Part shown: positions 27,142-36,552 of the stretch, one piece after another | Layout of the letters: each line of letters starts with the position of its first letter | Numbering within the stretch: the stretch's first letter is position 1 | Virus record (IMG/VR): IMGVR_UViG_3300020186_000025 | Span: 1-61,630 of that record | Direction: 5' to 3' (one strand) | DNA: 61,630 nucleotides | Source of the DNA: a virus | Lineage: Duplodnaviria > Caudoviricetes | The notes under the pieces: generated by a model | Database searches by the model: none | The model's input: the letters and a program-made list of their open reading frames with translations, nothing else | What the model was told of the DNA's origin: nothing | Position numbers and translations under genes: made by a program

Positions 27142-27929
27142 CAGGACGTTGCGGTCCCGGTGGCGGTAGCACCCGCGTTCGCAGCAGCAGCGTCTTTGGC
27201 AGCTTTCTCGGAGTCGCGCTTGGCTTTCGCTTCGACACGCTCGGCTTCCTTGGACGTCTTCTCGGCGTCGCGCTTGGCCTTGGCGGCATCACGCTCGGCG
27301 TCTTTGGTGACCTTCGTCGCAGCGCGTTCGGCATCCTTGCGCTTCTTCTCGACCGTCGGGTCTTCCTGGCCATTGCGGGCGAACCATGCAGACAGACCGG
27401 TCTCGAACTCTTCGGTCGTCGGCTCGATCAGCTTCATATAGCCGTGTTGAACGAAAAAAGAAACGTCGATTTGCGTCATGTCTTGGCCCTCGATCGTGTC
27501 CAGGATCGTCATGCCATTCTTGTAATTGCCCCAGCGTTTGCTTCCACGATCGGGCATCTCGACCAGCTTCTGCAGACGACGGAACATATTCCGGGTCGGG
27601 CGCTTGACGGTCTTCGGCTGAGCGGCCTTGACTTCGACCGGCTCTTTCGGCTCGGCGGGCGGCTTCTCAGCTTTCGGAGGTTTCGGAGTCTTGACGGCCC
27701 CGATCGCTTCGCCAGCGGCCTGATTTTCTTCTGCACTCATCTGCTCATTCCACTTGTTGAGCGCCTTCCAGGTCGCTTCGACGGCCTGATCATGATCGCG
27801 GAACGATTTGATCGAGGAGACGCCCATGTTGGTCGCGACGAGGTTTCGCAATTTCAGCAGATCGACGTCTTCTATCCCTTTGAGGGTGGCCTCGTCATAA
27901 TCTGCGCCGCTGAACGTGATCTTGGTCAT
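27141..27929 (-). CDS. Putative DNA-binding protein with K/A/E-rich histone-like tail; first gene of the modification operon
   Basis: AAAGGA RBS; central domain paralogous to 693..1238; KRDAE/KAKRD repeats. Confidence 0.75.
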   Translation of the reverse strand: MTKITFSGADYDEATLKGIEDVDLLKLRNLVATNMGVSSIKSFRDHDQAVEATWKALNKWNEQMSAEENQAAGEAIGAVKTPKPPKAEKPPAEPKEPVEVKAAQPKTVKRPTRNMFRRLQKLVEMPDRGSKRWGNYKNGMTILDTIEGQDMTQIDVSFFVQHGYMKLIEPTTEEFETGLSAWFARNGQEDPTVEKKRKDAERAATKVTKDAERDAAKAKRDAEKTSKEAERVEAKAKRDSEKAAKDAAAANAGATATGTATS

Positions 27930-28031
27930 TGTGTTTCCTTTCATTGGTCAATACCTCGGCCTTGCCTTAGCCCTTTACTTATGGCATGTCGGCAAGGCCG
28001 GAGCAACAGTTATTTTTCACGCGCCTTGGAA

Positions 28032-29831
28032 TTATTCAGCACAAGGTCCAGTTCTTTGACCTGTTGTTGAATCGAACCCGCAGGACTCGCCTTCCTTCGT
28101 ATCTTTGACTTCGGCAACGTCAGCAGAACTGATGACATCCTCGTAGTTGCCGTTCGGGCGATACGTCGTGCATCCCTTTGCTCCGCCTTCATAAGCAGAG
28201 ATATAGAGATTCTTGAACTTCTCGTAGGGGTAGTTGGTTGGCACGTTGCATGTCTTGCTGACAGCACTATCAATGTGAATCTGCGACGTGCAGAGAACTT
28301 TGATATGTTCTTCAGCAAGGACATCAACCATCCGGCGACCTTTGACGCCGAGAACGCTGGAACCATAATCAGGAACTCTGACCTTGATCTTGCCTTCTGG
28401 CATGATCACGTTCCGGTCCTGTTCATAACCGAAAACAGGCTCGATACCGCTGGACACATTGTCAGCTGTGAAGCTGATTGTTCCGGTCGGCGCGATGCTC
28501 GTCAGGTGAGAGTTACGAATGCCGTATCTCCTGATCAAGTCGCGAACGTCGCTGTCCAGAGATTTGATGAACTGTCCGGACAAATATAGTGTCTCATCGT
28601 AAAGGGGAAAGCTGCCCTTTTCTTTCGCCAGCATGGCCGAGGCAATGTAGCAGTTGCGAGTGATGAAGCGCAAGATATCGTCTTCAACATGAAGGAAGTT
28701 TGGAGATCCATAAGAGAAACCCATAGCCTCGATGCAGTTCGCAAGACCAGTCACACCGAGTCCCATTCTTCGCTTCGCTTGGGCTTCTTTCCGTTGCTCA
28801 GGAAGAGGGTAGCGAGCCCGATCGACAATGTTGTCCATCGCTCGGACCACATGCGGAATGTCAGCGGCGAGAAGTGACCACTGGAATTCCCATTTTTTGG
28901 AAGTCAAGTTCCGATCCAGATATTTCACAAGGTTGAACGAGCCCAAGAGACAGGCACCATAGGGAGGGAGCGGCTGTTCGCCACACGGATTCGTTGCGGC
29001 GATCGTCTCACAGTAATAGAGATTGTTCAGCCGGTTGATCGTGTCAATGAACAGAACACCCGGCTCGGCCCAATCGTAAGTTCCTCGCATGATCATTTCC
29101 CACAGAGCGTGGGGATCGACCTCGCGGTAAACTTCGCCGCCAAATCGCAGAGGGAACGCCCTGCCGGTTTGGACACACTCCATCAGTTCGTCGGTGATGG
29201 CGATCGACATATTGAAACCGCGAAGTGGACGATACTCATACGGAATGTGAGCCACGCCCTGTTTCGCACGAATGAAGATTTCAACATCGGGATGGTCTGC
29301 CCGTATGACCAGCATCTGCGCCCCGCGACGGTTGCCAGCGGACGACGTAGCACCACAGACAGCGTCATAGATCGGAGCGAAGGCCATTGGCCCATCAGTA
29401 ACGGATTGAACTCCGCGGATTAGGTCGCCTCTCGGACGCAGAGTGCTGATGTCGTAACCGACGCCGCCACCTTGGCGCATAGTGATCGCAGCAGCTTTCG
29501 CAACGTCCATGATCGACAGCGACGGATGCTCGCCGATCGACAACTCCGAAAGTTCCTGGAGAGTCGGGCCATCAGTGAAACTGTCGTGCATAGTCGGCAT
29601 CACGAAACAGTTGTAGGGGGTGATGTTCTTCAGAGAACCCATCGCTGCCTGAACACGGCCAGCAGAAAGATATCTCATTTGCAGCCTCGCATCACGATAG
29701 GCCATATAGTGTTCGTGATTGTCTTGAAGCGCAGAACTTTCGCGATTGCAGGCTTCCCGATAAGTCTCACCCTTTCCTCGATATTTCTCTGCATGGACCA
29801 TATCACTTGCGGGGACGCTGGGACCTATCAT
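28032..29831 (-). CDS. nrdJ: Class II (adenosylcobalamin) ribonucleotide reductase
   Basis: NCFV, GGGVG, RRGAQM, FN.S, EPG..F.D, TNPCGEQPL, C.LGS.N, IAPTGTIS; no beta subunit. Confidence 0.9.
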   Translation of the reverse strand: MIGPSVPASDMVHAEKYRGKGETYREACNRESSALQDNHEHYMAYRDARLQMRYLSAGRVQAAMGSLKNITPYNCFVMPTMHDSFTDGPTLQELSELSIGEHPSLSIMDVAKAAAITMRQGGGVGYDISTLRPRGDLIRGVQSVTDGPMAFAPIYDAVCGATSSAGNRRGAQMLVIRADHPDVEIFIRAKQGVAHIPYEYRPLRGFNMSIAITDELMECVQTGRAFPLRFGGEVYREVDPHALWEMIMRGTYDWAEPGVLFIDTINRLNNLYYCETIAATNPCGEQPLPPYGACLLGSFNLVKYLDRNLTSKKWEFQWSLLAADIPHVVRAMDNIVDRARYPLPEQRKEAQAKRRMGLGVTGLANCIEAMGFSYGSPNFLHVEDDILRFITRNCYIASAMLAKEKGSFPLYDETLYLSGQFIKSLDSDVRDLIRRYGIRNSHLTSIAPTGTISFTADNVSSGIEPVFGYEQDRNVIMPEGKIKVRVPDYGSSVLGVKGRRMVDVLAEEHIKVLCTSQIHIDSAVSKTCNVPTNYPYEKFKNLYISAYEGGAKGCTTYRPNGNYEDVISSADVAEVKDTKEGESCGFDSTTGQRTGPCAE

Positions 29832-29978
29832 CTATCTCTCCTAGCTTCTTTTGGGCTTCTGTCAAATGCCAGATAGCCTCTTCCAGATATGAACGCAAAA
29901 ACACTCGTTTCACGAGCATTGTTACAATTAGAAAAGAAGCTTTGCAGATATGCTTGAAGCCGCTTTCCAATGATACTC

Positions 29979-30299
29979 CTATAAGAGAAGAATTCTGTGA
30001 CCGCTGGTCAGGTGGCCCATCCATAGAGGTTGAGAGGCGATGAACGGGATCTTTTCCGCTTTCTCGCTCGCGAGGATCACCCATTGAGCGTTCTCTATCT
30101 TGTCGCTTGGAAGTATGCCAAAGAGGTTGAGAGGAGCATCCTCGATTGACCAGCCGAAAAACGACGGTTGACCTTGTCCGGCAGTCATCTCCGTGACGAT
30201 AGCTACGATAGATGCAGCCATCTGTTTTCCCATATCTTCTCCAGCCTTGACGTAGGCTTTCTGGAGTTGATTTGTGAATTCTTCCGTTGGATTGTTCAT
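29979..30299 (-). CDS. Hypothetical protein
   Basis: ATGA coupling to the helicase. Confidence 0.6.
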   Translation of the reverse strand: MNNPTEEFTNQLQKAYVKAGEDMGKQMAASIVAIVTEMTAGQGQPSFFGWSIEDAPLNLFGILPSDKIENAQWVILASEKAEKIPFIASQPLWMGHLTSGHRILLL

Positions 30300-31525
30300 G
30301 ACATTTTCACCACTGTCAGTTTCTCTGCGGCTCTGGTGATTCCAGTGTAGAGCCATTTCCATCGATCTTGACGAAAGCAGTAGGACTCGTCAAACAGAAG
30401 AACACTGTCCCATTGAGAGCCTTGCGCTTTGTGGACAGTTAGTGCATAGCCGAAATCGAAACACTCGGCTTCTCGCTTTTCAAACCACGATGGTTCTTCA
30501 CCGAGGAAATACTGTTCGTGAACCATGACTTCTTGAGCAAACTTCTTCCCTTCTGGAAGAATGTCTAGCTGCACTTTCGAGTCCATAACCCCGCCGACTT
30601 TCAAGACGCTGTAAATCGCGCCATTCAGAAGTCCGGTGTCATGATTGTTGTTCAAGCATACGAGGCGATCATCGATGACTGGATAAGGGTCGATGATACC
30701 CTTCAATGTGCGAACACGTTTGTTTGTGGAGAAACGAGTGGCGTTCTTGCCAACAAGTATTTGATCGAATTGGAGTGCTAACTCTGGATCAATCTTTCCA
30801 TCGATAAACTCGCAGCCATCGCCATAGTCCATGACTTTGAGGCTTCGCTCATTACGAACTTCTGTAGCCATTCGAATGATCGGTGATTCTTCTGCCTGTC
30901 TATGAATTTCGTCCAGCATGATCTGAGGGTTGATGTTCTTGGTGAAATAACCAGCACCACCGACAGGAGGAAGCTGAGCAGGATCGCCCAAGACGAGAAC
31001 CTTGGTCCCAAACGAAAGTAAATCTTCACCCATCTTGGCATCAACCATCGAGCACTCATCTATGATTACCAGTTTGGCGCTTCGCACTTCAGACTCTTGG
31101 TTGAGAATGAAGAACGGCTGTTTCATATTTTCGCGTTCGGCCTTCACCATTTTGGTGAGGTCACGGACACGAGGATTCATTTCAATCTTCTCAGGACTCA
31201 AGCCCTCTTCGGCGAGTTCACTGATGAGAGTGTTGAGTTGTTGCTCCATCTCAACAAGGGACTTCTTACCCTTATCGCGACTGTGATATATCAAAGAGTG
31301 AATCGTGGTCGCACCTTCACAACCTTTGCTCTTCAAGACGTAAGCAGCTTTCCCGGTGAAAGCAGCAAACAGAACTCTTCCAGTTACTCCCTCAGCTAGA
31401 TGACGAGCCATCGTGGTCTTGCCAGTCCCGGCATATCCAAACATATGAAACACTTGTTCATGGCCAGATTTCATCCAGTCATTGACTTGCTTTAAGGCGG
31501 CTTCTTGTTGTGGAGACCATGACAT
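30296..31525 (-). CDS. RecD/Dda-like SF1B helicase
   Basis: GYAGTGKTT, AFTGKAA, TIHS, IDECSM, GDPAQLPPV, HRQ, YALTVHKAQGS, LYT.ITRA. Confidence 0.92.
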   Translation of the reverse strand: MSWSPQQEAALKQVNDWMKSGHEQVFHMFGYAGTGKTTMARHLAEGVTGRVLFAAFTGKAAYVLKSKGCEGATTIHSLIYHSRDKGKKSLVEMEQQLNTLISELAEEGLSPEKIEMNPRVRDLTKMVKAERENMKQPFFILNQESEVRSAKLVIIDECSMVDAKMGEDLLSFGTKVLVLGDPAQLPPVGGAGYFTKNINPQIMLDEIHRQAEESPIIRMATEVRNERSLKVMDYGDGCEFIDGKIDPELALQFDQILVGKNATRFSTNKRVRTLKGIIDPYPVIDDRLVCLNNNHDTGLLNGAIYSVLKVGGVMDSKVQLDILPEGKKFAQEVMVHEQYFLGEEPSWFEKREAECFDFGYALTVHKAQGSQWDSVLLFDESYCFRQDRWKWLYTGITRAAEKLTVVKMS

Positions 31526-31547
31526 GAGATAAACTCCAAAGATTATA

Positions 31548-31583
31548 CTGGTCCCGTGCAGAGGGCATCATACACGGGACCAG
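31548..31583 (-). terminator. Hairpin after the SSB gene
   Basis: CTGGTCCCGTG...CACGGGACCAG. Confidence 0.55.
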
Positions 31584-31614
31584 CTAGAACAGGTTCAGGA
31601 GGAGTTTTCCTGTC

Positions 31615-32463
31615 CTAGAACGGAGCAACACCACCATCACCAGAACCAGCACCGACACTTTCGCCGGCATTCTGCTGTTGACTGAAATCTGCTCGTGCAA
31701 CACCATTGAGAACCATTTCGCGGAACTCGCACGCTTCTTGGAGAAGCGACATTTCCTCGGTAGGGTTGATCAACGATTTCACCCACGTTTCGTGAAGCGG
31801 CCCGATGGCGAAGTTGGCATAGGTGCCAGATTCGTTCTTCTGCTTCACAGATTTGATCAGAGCCCGATTCGCGAACATCGGCGGCTTGCCCTTGATGATG
31901 AACATCGAGGTCAGCCAGTCGCGATAGGGTTTGATCTTGGTTGAACTGAACGAGATGACAGAGAAACCTTCTGCCTCGGACCCTTCTCGGTTCAGAATGA
32001 GACCATAGACATAGTAGGTCTCGATGACATCGTTCTGGCCGTTCTTGAACGAGATCCGTTTGCCATCGTTGCCTTTCGGAGGAATCCGAGTGCCACCATT
32101 GCTCTTGATCAGGTCTTGAACCAGAACGCCAGCAGGGTCGTGCATGGTGACGAAACCACCACCCTTCACACGAGGAACCCACTCGACCCACGCCTCTTGC
32201 TTGTGAACTGGCAAGAACACGAAGCCACTGTCGCCTTTGATGAGTTCGCCGGTCACACTGTTGAGTATGTCACCAGTCTTCGCACCAGGAATGAGTTCTT
32301 CCTCAACCTGGGGAGAGTTGGACTGGAGCAAGTTCATGAACGGGATCGAAAGGTCGCTGGATTTCGTATCTTCGAAACCAGCCCCCTGATCGCTCCCATA
32401 ATCGTAAGCCATGCCTACCGCTGTCGTCTTGACCTCGGCCTTCACTATATCAGTTTTTGCCAT
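31615..32463 (-). CDS. Probable ssDNA-binding protein
   Basis: GFE....DL.IP...LLQ..SP, GAK.G...N.VTGE; flexible tail ending APF; position in the replication module. Confidence 0.65.
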   Translation of the reverse strand: MAKTDIVKAEVKTTAVGMAYDYGSDQGAGFEDTKSSDLSIPFMNLLQSNSPQVEEELIPGAKTGDILNSVTGELIKGDSGFVFLPVHKQEAWVEWVPRVKGGGFVTMHDPAGVLVQDLIKSNGGTRIPPKGNDGKRISFKNGQNDVIETYYVYGLILNREGSEAEGFSVISFSSTKIKPYRDWLTSMFIIKGKPPMFANRALIKSVKQKNESGTYANFAIGPLHETWVKSLINPTEEMSLLQEACEFREMVLNGVARADFSQQQNAGESVGAGSGDGGVAPF

Positions 32464-32529
32464 TTAAGGCTCCTTTCCTTGTCAATGCCTCTGAATGCCG
32501 AGGCTCCGCATTACCCTTTCGGGTATTCG

Positions 32530-33090
32530 TTATCGCTTGATCTTGGCGATTTTCTGGTGATAGACGCCGAACAATTCCAGCGGAATGTCAATTCCTTCGG
32601 TCAGTTGTTCTTTCACGAAAGCGTCCAGAGTCTGCCAAGCGACGTTCCTGTCCTCCTTGAAAAGAACCGGTTCGTCGATGGCTTCAAGAGCGTCCCTGAT
32701 CTTGTCCGCCAATTCTTCTTGATCCTTGGAGAGATCAATGGTCATTCGGCGCTTGACGATTGCACCATGACCGTTGTCCTCGAGCCATTGCATAGCACGA
32801 GGCTTGCGATCACCAGACACTGACGTCCGAATCTTCTCCTGAACAGTGATCGTTCGGCCGTCGGGAAGGTTGATCTTGCCTTCCAGACCGTCGAGCAATT
32901 TGGGAATTTCATGTTCGGACATGCGGCGGACGTTTGCGGTTGCTTCTTCGAGCAGCAGCTTGAGACGTTCAACCTCGGATTCAGCAGCTTCTTGAATGTC
33001 TGCCAAAGCGACGAGGGAGGTCATCATATTGCCTCCCAGCATCATTTCATTCGTGTCTTTGAACTCAGAATAATCAGGAACTTCGGTCAT
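32530..33090 (-). CDS. Conserved hypothetical replication/recombination-module protein
   Basis: IP.L......L.DG, WL..NG.G.IVK, TL.AFVKEQ...G..IP.ELFGV. Confidence 0.75.
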   Translation of the reverse strand: MTEVPDYSEFKDTNEMMLGGNMMTSLVALADIQEAAESEVERLKLLLEEATANVRRMSEHEIPKLLDGLEGKINLPDGRTITVQEKIRTSVSGDRKPRAMQWLEDNGHGAIVKRRMTIDLSKDQEELADKIRDALEAIDEPVLFKEDRNVAWQTLDAFVKEQLTEGIDIPLELFGVYHQKIAKIKR

Positions 33091-33219
33091 ATTTTCTCCA
33101 TTCGTTGGCCTCCGGTGGGCCGACGGGTTTCTTAAACAGTCACCGCCTCTGGATATGCTCCAGCACTGTCTCAACACTGTAAAGAGTGGCCCCTATGGCT
33201 AAAAACCACCCGCCTTAGT

Positions 33220-33248
33220 ATGCTAAGGCTGGGCGCGGCAAATGACAA
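33220..33248 (-). promoter_or_regulatory. Conserved phage promoter TTGTCA-N17-TAGCAT
   Basis: Same motif family. Confidence 0.75.
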
Positions 33249-33260
33249 GCAATTTGTTTC

Positions 33261-34754
33261 TTAAATCCACGCTTTCAACTCATCCCCGAGCAGCCCAGCA
33301 CTGATGTTCTTCTTGTCACGAAGGTTGGCAATTATGTTGGAATCTATGTGACCATTGGAACAGCAGATATCGATATAGTTCACTGGATGCTCATCCATAC
33401 CAGCACGATGAGCACGGTCTTCTGATTGCAACCGATCGATCAATCGGAAACTGTTCGAATAATAGACCATGTTCTTCGCTTGTGTGAGAGTCAGTCCAGG
33501 TCCTCCCTTTTGGGCTGTTCCAACGAACCACTTTGCATCGCCGGCTTGAAAGGCCAGCTTATTTCGCTCGGCTTGATCACCATCAACACGACCATCATAG
33601 CGAACGGCTTCTTCGCCCAAGAGGTCCATGAGTTGGTCCACGTCTTGGGTGAATCGTGCCCATACGATTGTCGGTTGGAAGATCTCATCGCGAATCTCTT
33701 CCATTGCGTTAAGGCGAGGATTCACTTTGCTGATCTGGCGATAGGTGGCCTCGTCAGGGTTTGCAAGATCGATGACCGGAACATAGTTGCAAAGAATCTG
33801 CTGGAACCTGAGCAGGCGAACAATGGGCAGTTCGCCATCGAGAATTGCACCGTCTTCGAACTCGACCATAAACTCTTCGGATAGCCGCTCGTAGATTGCG
33901 AGTTGCTCTTTGGTCATCTCAAAGTAACGCTTGGAATAGAGTTTCGGTGGGAGATCGAGAACATCGTCTTTCAGAACCCGATCAGTGATCTCCTTGATCC
34001 AGACTTCCAGCTTGTCGAGGTTACGATATCTGATCAGCTTGTCAAAGCCAGGATCATAACCAAGCTCCCTCTGACATTCGTTGCGAGTGAGCCACTCACC
34101 GAAATAGGCTCTAAACTCTACAGCACCATTGATCCCCTTGCGCTTCCAGAAGTTTTCATCAAGAAACCTAATTTGGGAATACATGTCGAAAGGACCGACT
34201 GCAATCGGAGTTCCGGTGAGAATTCTCCGATGAGTCGCATACTTTCCAGAAGCGATAATACTGATGGTCCTCTTTGCTCCGGGATTCTTAATGTTGTGTG
34301 CCTCATCAAGAACATACAGACAGCGCCGACGACGAAGGAATTTCCAAGCGAGGTCTTTCCCTTCTTTTGTCATGAAGGCGTTGTAGCTGAACAACAGAAC
34401 TGAAAGTCCTTTGTGTTTGCAAAGACGATCCATCAACTGTTGATGAGGCTTGGTATGCTTTCGGCTTGTAAGGAAGACCTCGACCATAGTTTCGAGAGCG
34501 ATGTCCGGCGGCATATGTTTCGGTAATTCGTCCGATCGCCAGTTGCGCTCGACTCCGGGAGGAGCGACGACGAGCAGACCATCAATCACGTTGTTGCTGT
34601 AAAGAAGAGCGGCTGTGTCGATGATCGGCTTGGTCTTCGCTGTTCCTTGCTCCCACAGAAGGCCCCATGCAGTCCGTTGCCAGTGATCTTTCAAATGATC
34701 GGTCTGATGCTGAAACGGATCAACGACGTGTTCATAATTCTCAGGAGTCAGCAT
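33261..34754 (-). CDS. SNF2-family helicase
   Basis: EQGTAKT, DEAH.IKN, LTGTP, G.GLTLT, QSEDRAHR.G. Confidence 0.92.
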   Translation of the reverse strand: MLTPENYEHVVDPFQHQTDHLKDHWQRTAWGLLWEQGTAKTKPIIDTAALLYSNNVIDGLLVVAPPGVERNWRSDELPKHMPPDIALETMVEVFLTSRKHTKPHQQLMDRLCKHKGLSVLLFSYNAFMTKEGKDLAWKFLRRRRCLYVLDEAHNIKNPGAKRTISIIASGKYATHRRILTGTPIAVGPFDMYSQIRFLDENFWKRKGINGAVEFRAYFGEWLTRNECQRELGYDPGFDKLIRYRNLDKLEVWIKEITDRVLKDDVLDLPPKLYSKRYFEMTKEQLAIYERLSEEFMVEFEDGAILDGELPIVRLLRFQQILCNYVPVIDLANPDEATYRQISKVNPRLNAMEEIRDEIFQPTIVWARFTQDVDQLMDLLGEEAVRYDGRVDGDQAERNKLAFQAGDAKWFVGTAQKGGPGLTLTQAKNMVYYSNSFRLIDRLQSEDRAHRAGMDEHPVNYIDICCSNGHIDSNIIANLRDKKNISAGLLGDELKAWI

Positions 34755-35028
34755 CGAGCACCTCTATATACGATTGGAGTGCTCGTTTCATAGCCGAGGC
34801 TTCCATATGGTCGTTTGCAAGAATGATAGTCTTTCCATCAACCTTGATGCTCCACCGACCGGAACCAGTATTGTTGATTCGCACTCTTGTTTTGACAGGC
34901 GTCACTTTGTTGAGGACTCTTCTTCGCTCGGCTTCGCTAATCTGAAACGGTTCGTGACTTCGTCCAGGTGTCACTTTGTTGAGGATTCTCCTTCGTTCTT
35001 CTTCGCTGATTTCAAACGGTTCTGACAT
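34741..35028 (-). CDS. Hypothetical protein with internal 23-aa duplication
   Basis: EPFEISEEERRRILNKVTP / EPFQISEAERRRVLNKVTP; AGGAG RBS. Confidence 0.7.
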   Translation of the reverse strand: MSEPFEISEEERRRILNKVTPGRSHEPFQISEAERRRVLNKVTPVKTRVRINNTGSGRWSIKVDGKTIILANDHMEASAMKRALQSYIEVLDADS

Positions 35029-35056
35029 TGATGCACTCCTGCGGCTGGTCTAGACC

Positions 35057-35085
35057 ATTATAGCCCAAGGAAGGCGCAAGAACAA
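35057..35085 (-). promoter_or_regulatory. Promoter TTGTTC-N17-TATAAT heading the replication module
   Basis: Consensus -10, 17-bp spacer, TTGC after the -35. Confidence 0.75.
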
Positions 35086-35089
35086 GCGT

Positions 35090-35400
35090 CGAGTTTCAAA
35101 GTAAAGCCAAAACCGGCAAAGTAAAGCCAGAGGGAGCCAGCTAGTAACCTGTTAAGTTATTGTTATTATTATATAAAAAATATAGTGACATCACTTACTT
35201 TACTTACTTTACTTTACTTGTTTTTCAGCCAAGCTACAGCCTCCAGCTGGACTGCCATTGGGCGTTTACCCGGTAACTTGTGGCAAGGGTGGTCCAGCAA
35301 GGGCAGGGAGCCACGTGAGCAGGTTTGCTAGTGTTGCCAATGGGTTAGACCACTTCTATGACAACACCGGCAGGCTCCACATGCTTTACTTTGACGGCTA
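35090..35400. other. AT-rich non-coding locus, candidate replication origin B
   Basis: CAAAGTAAAGCCA x2, inverted copy at 35383-35393, TACTT(T) iterations, AT tract. Confidence 0.45.
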
Positions 35401-35422
35401 AATTGTCATTTCATACCTGTCT

Positions 35423-35725
35423 CTACCCCGGCACGCCCAGCACCGGCGCCGCGTCCCGCACCGGCTGCCACGACTCGCCGGAAGCGACGATACAAGTCGG
35501 CCCGCCGGGTAGTGTGACTGTGATCGTCCACGTTCCAGTTTCGGGAGAGGCGTAAACCTCCAACATAGCGCCGTTTTGCGCCAGCCCGATTCCTTGCCGA
35601 GTTTCGCCATATTTCTCGGCCAGACGAACCATCACCTCCTGATGTGTGTTGCAGTTGCCCTGCTGCGCCGACGCCGGGACGGCAAACAACAGAGATGCGA
35701 CGAGGGCGAGGGTGAAAGTTTTCAT
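35423..35725 (-). CDS. Secreted or periplasmic protein of a Rhodobacteraceae-type conserved family
   Basis: Signal peptide; C....V...L..KYGE....G.....EV..S..TGTWTI......TC..ASGE. Confidence 0.75.
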   Translation of the reverse strand: MKTFTLALVASLLFAVPASAQQGNCNTHQEVMVRLAEKYGETRQGIGLAQNGAMLEVYASPETGTWTITVTLPGGPTCIVASGESWQPVRDAAPVLGVPG

Positions 35726-35766
35726 ATGGATGTCCTTTCAGCGAGAGGCCAAACGGCCAAGGGCAC

Positions 35767-35862
35767 TCACAACTCCACCCATGCCGAGGCCACTATCATC
35801 AGCACTAGCGCGATCAGGATGATTGCCAGCGCAATGATGAATCCCGGCGCTTTCTCTCTCAC
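35767..35862 (-). CDS. Small single-TM peptide (31 aa, not in the ORF track)
   Basis: GTG start; MREKAPGFIIALAIILIALVLMIVASAWVEL. Confidence 0.4.
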   Translation of the reverse strand: MREKAPGFIIALAIILIALVLMIVASAWVEL

Positions 35863-35898
35863 AACAGTCCGGCCCTGTATGGCGGGGCGCGACTGGCG

Positions 35899-36150
35899 TC
35901 AGGCATCGCCGTGACCTGCCTCTGCGCGGCGGAAATAGCCCGCCACGAAGTTGACGACCGAGATCAGCGTGGCGGAGCCACCAGCGACCGCCCACAGGCT
36001 GACCTCGTTGGCGCAGGACGCCGAGAGATCGGGGATGTGGCTCGTGACGAAGCCGGACAGGGCTGTGATCACGACAGTGCCGATGGCACCGCTGGCGGCC
36101 ACTGCGGCCATTTTGCGAGTCGGCGCGGAAGTCGGTTGTTTGATCAGCAT
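35899..36150 (-). CDS. Putative holin (2 TM)
   Basis: PTRK.AA....G motif, two hydrophobic helices, AGY plus basic C-terminus. Confidence 0.55.
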   Translation of the reverse strand: MLIKQPTSAPTRKMAAVAASGAIGTVVITALSGFVTSHIPDLSASCANEVSLWAVAGGSATLISVVNFVAGYFRRAEAGHGDA

Positions 36151-36193
36151 GGTTGGTCCTTTCATGGGTTGTTGAGAAAGTGGTGATCACTGA

Positions 36194-36505
36194 TTACTGC
36201 CGATCCAGCCCGCGCAAGATGTCGAGGGTCAGAAGCTGCCCGGCCTTCAATTCATCGATCGCCTGTTTGAGCGTGTCAAATCGGTCCGAGTTGCGGTTGG
36301 ATGTCAACTCGTTGGCCCTCGTCCGCCCCTCCATCGAGGCCTGCCATTCCCGCTGAGCCTTGATCGCCTCGCGAAACTCCCGGCTTTCTACCGCCAGCGT
36401 CGCCATCGACGTGCCGAGGTAGAGGCCCGTGGCGACGAGTCCTGCCCCGATTGTCCAGATCAGTGGCAGGCTGAGCCGGACGCCCCTTTCGTCAATATCG
36501 CTCAT
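36194..36505 (-). CDS. TM plus coiled-coil protein (lysis-module-like)
   Basis: N-terminal TM, heptad C-terminus; GAGGA RBS. Confidence 0.6.
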   Translation of the reverse strand: MSDIDERGVRLSLPLIWTIGAGLVATGLYLGTSMATLAVESREFREAIKAQREWQASMEGRTRANELTSNRNSDRFDTLKQAIDELKAGQLLTLDILRGLDRQ

Positions 36506-36552
36506 TACGTATTCCTCTACTCGACGCGCTGTCAGAACTGCCCTTTTCTCAC

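Noticed and set aside
17749-29831. Inteins or introns in polA and nrdJ; 7-deazaguanine (que/dpdA) or dZ (purZ) pathways
   Set aside because: The proteins are normal length and uninterrupted; no QueC/QueD/FolE/DpdA/PurZ motifs seen, and the rSAM has a SPASM domain unlike QueE
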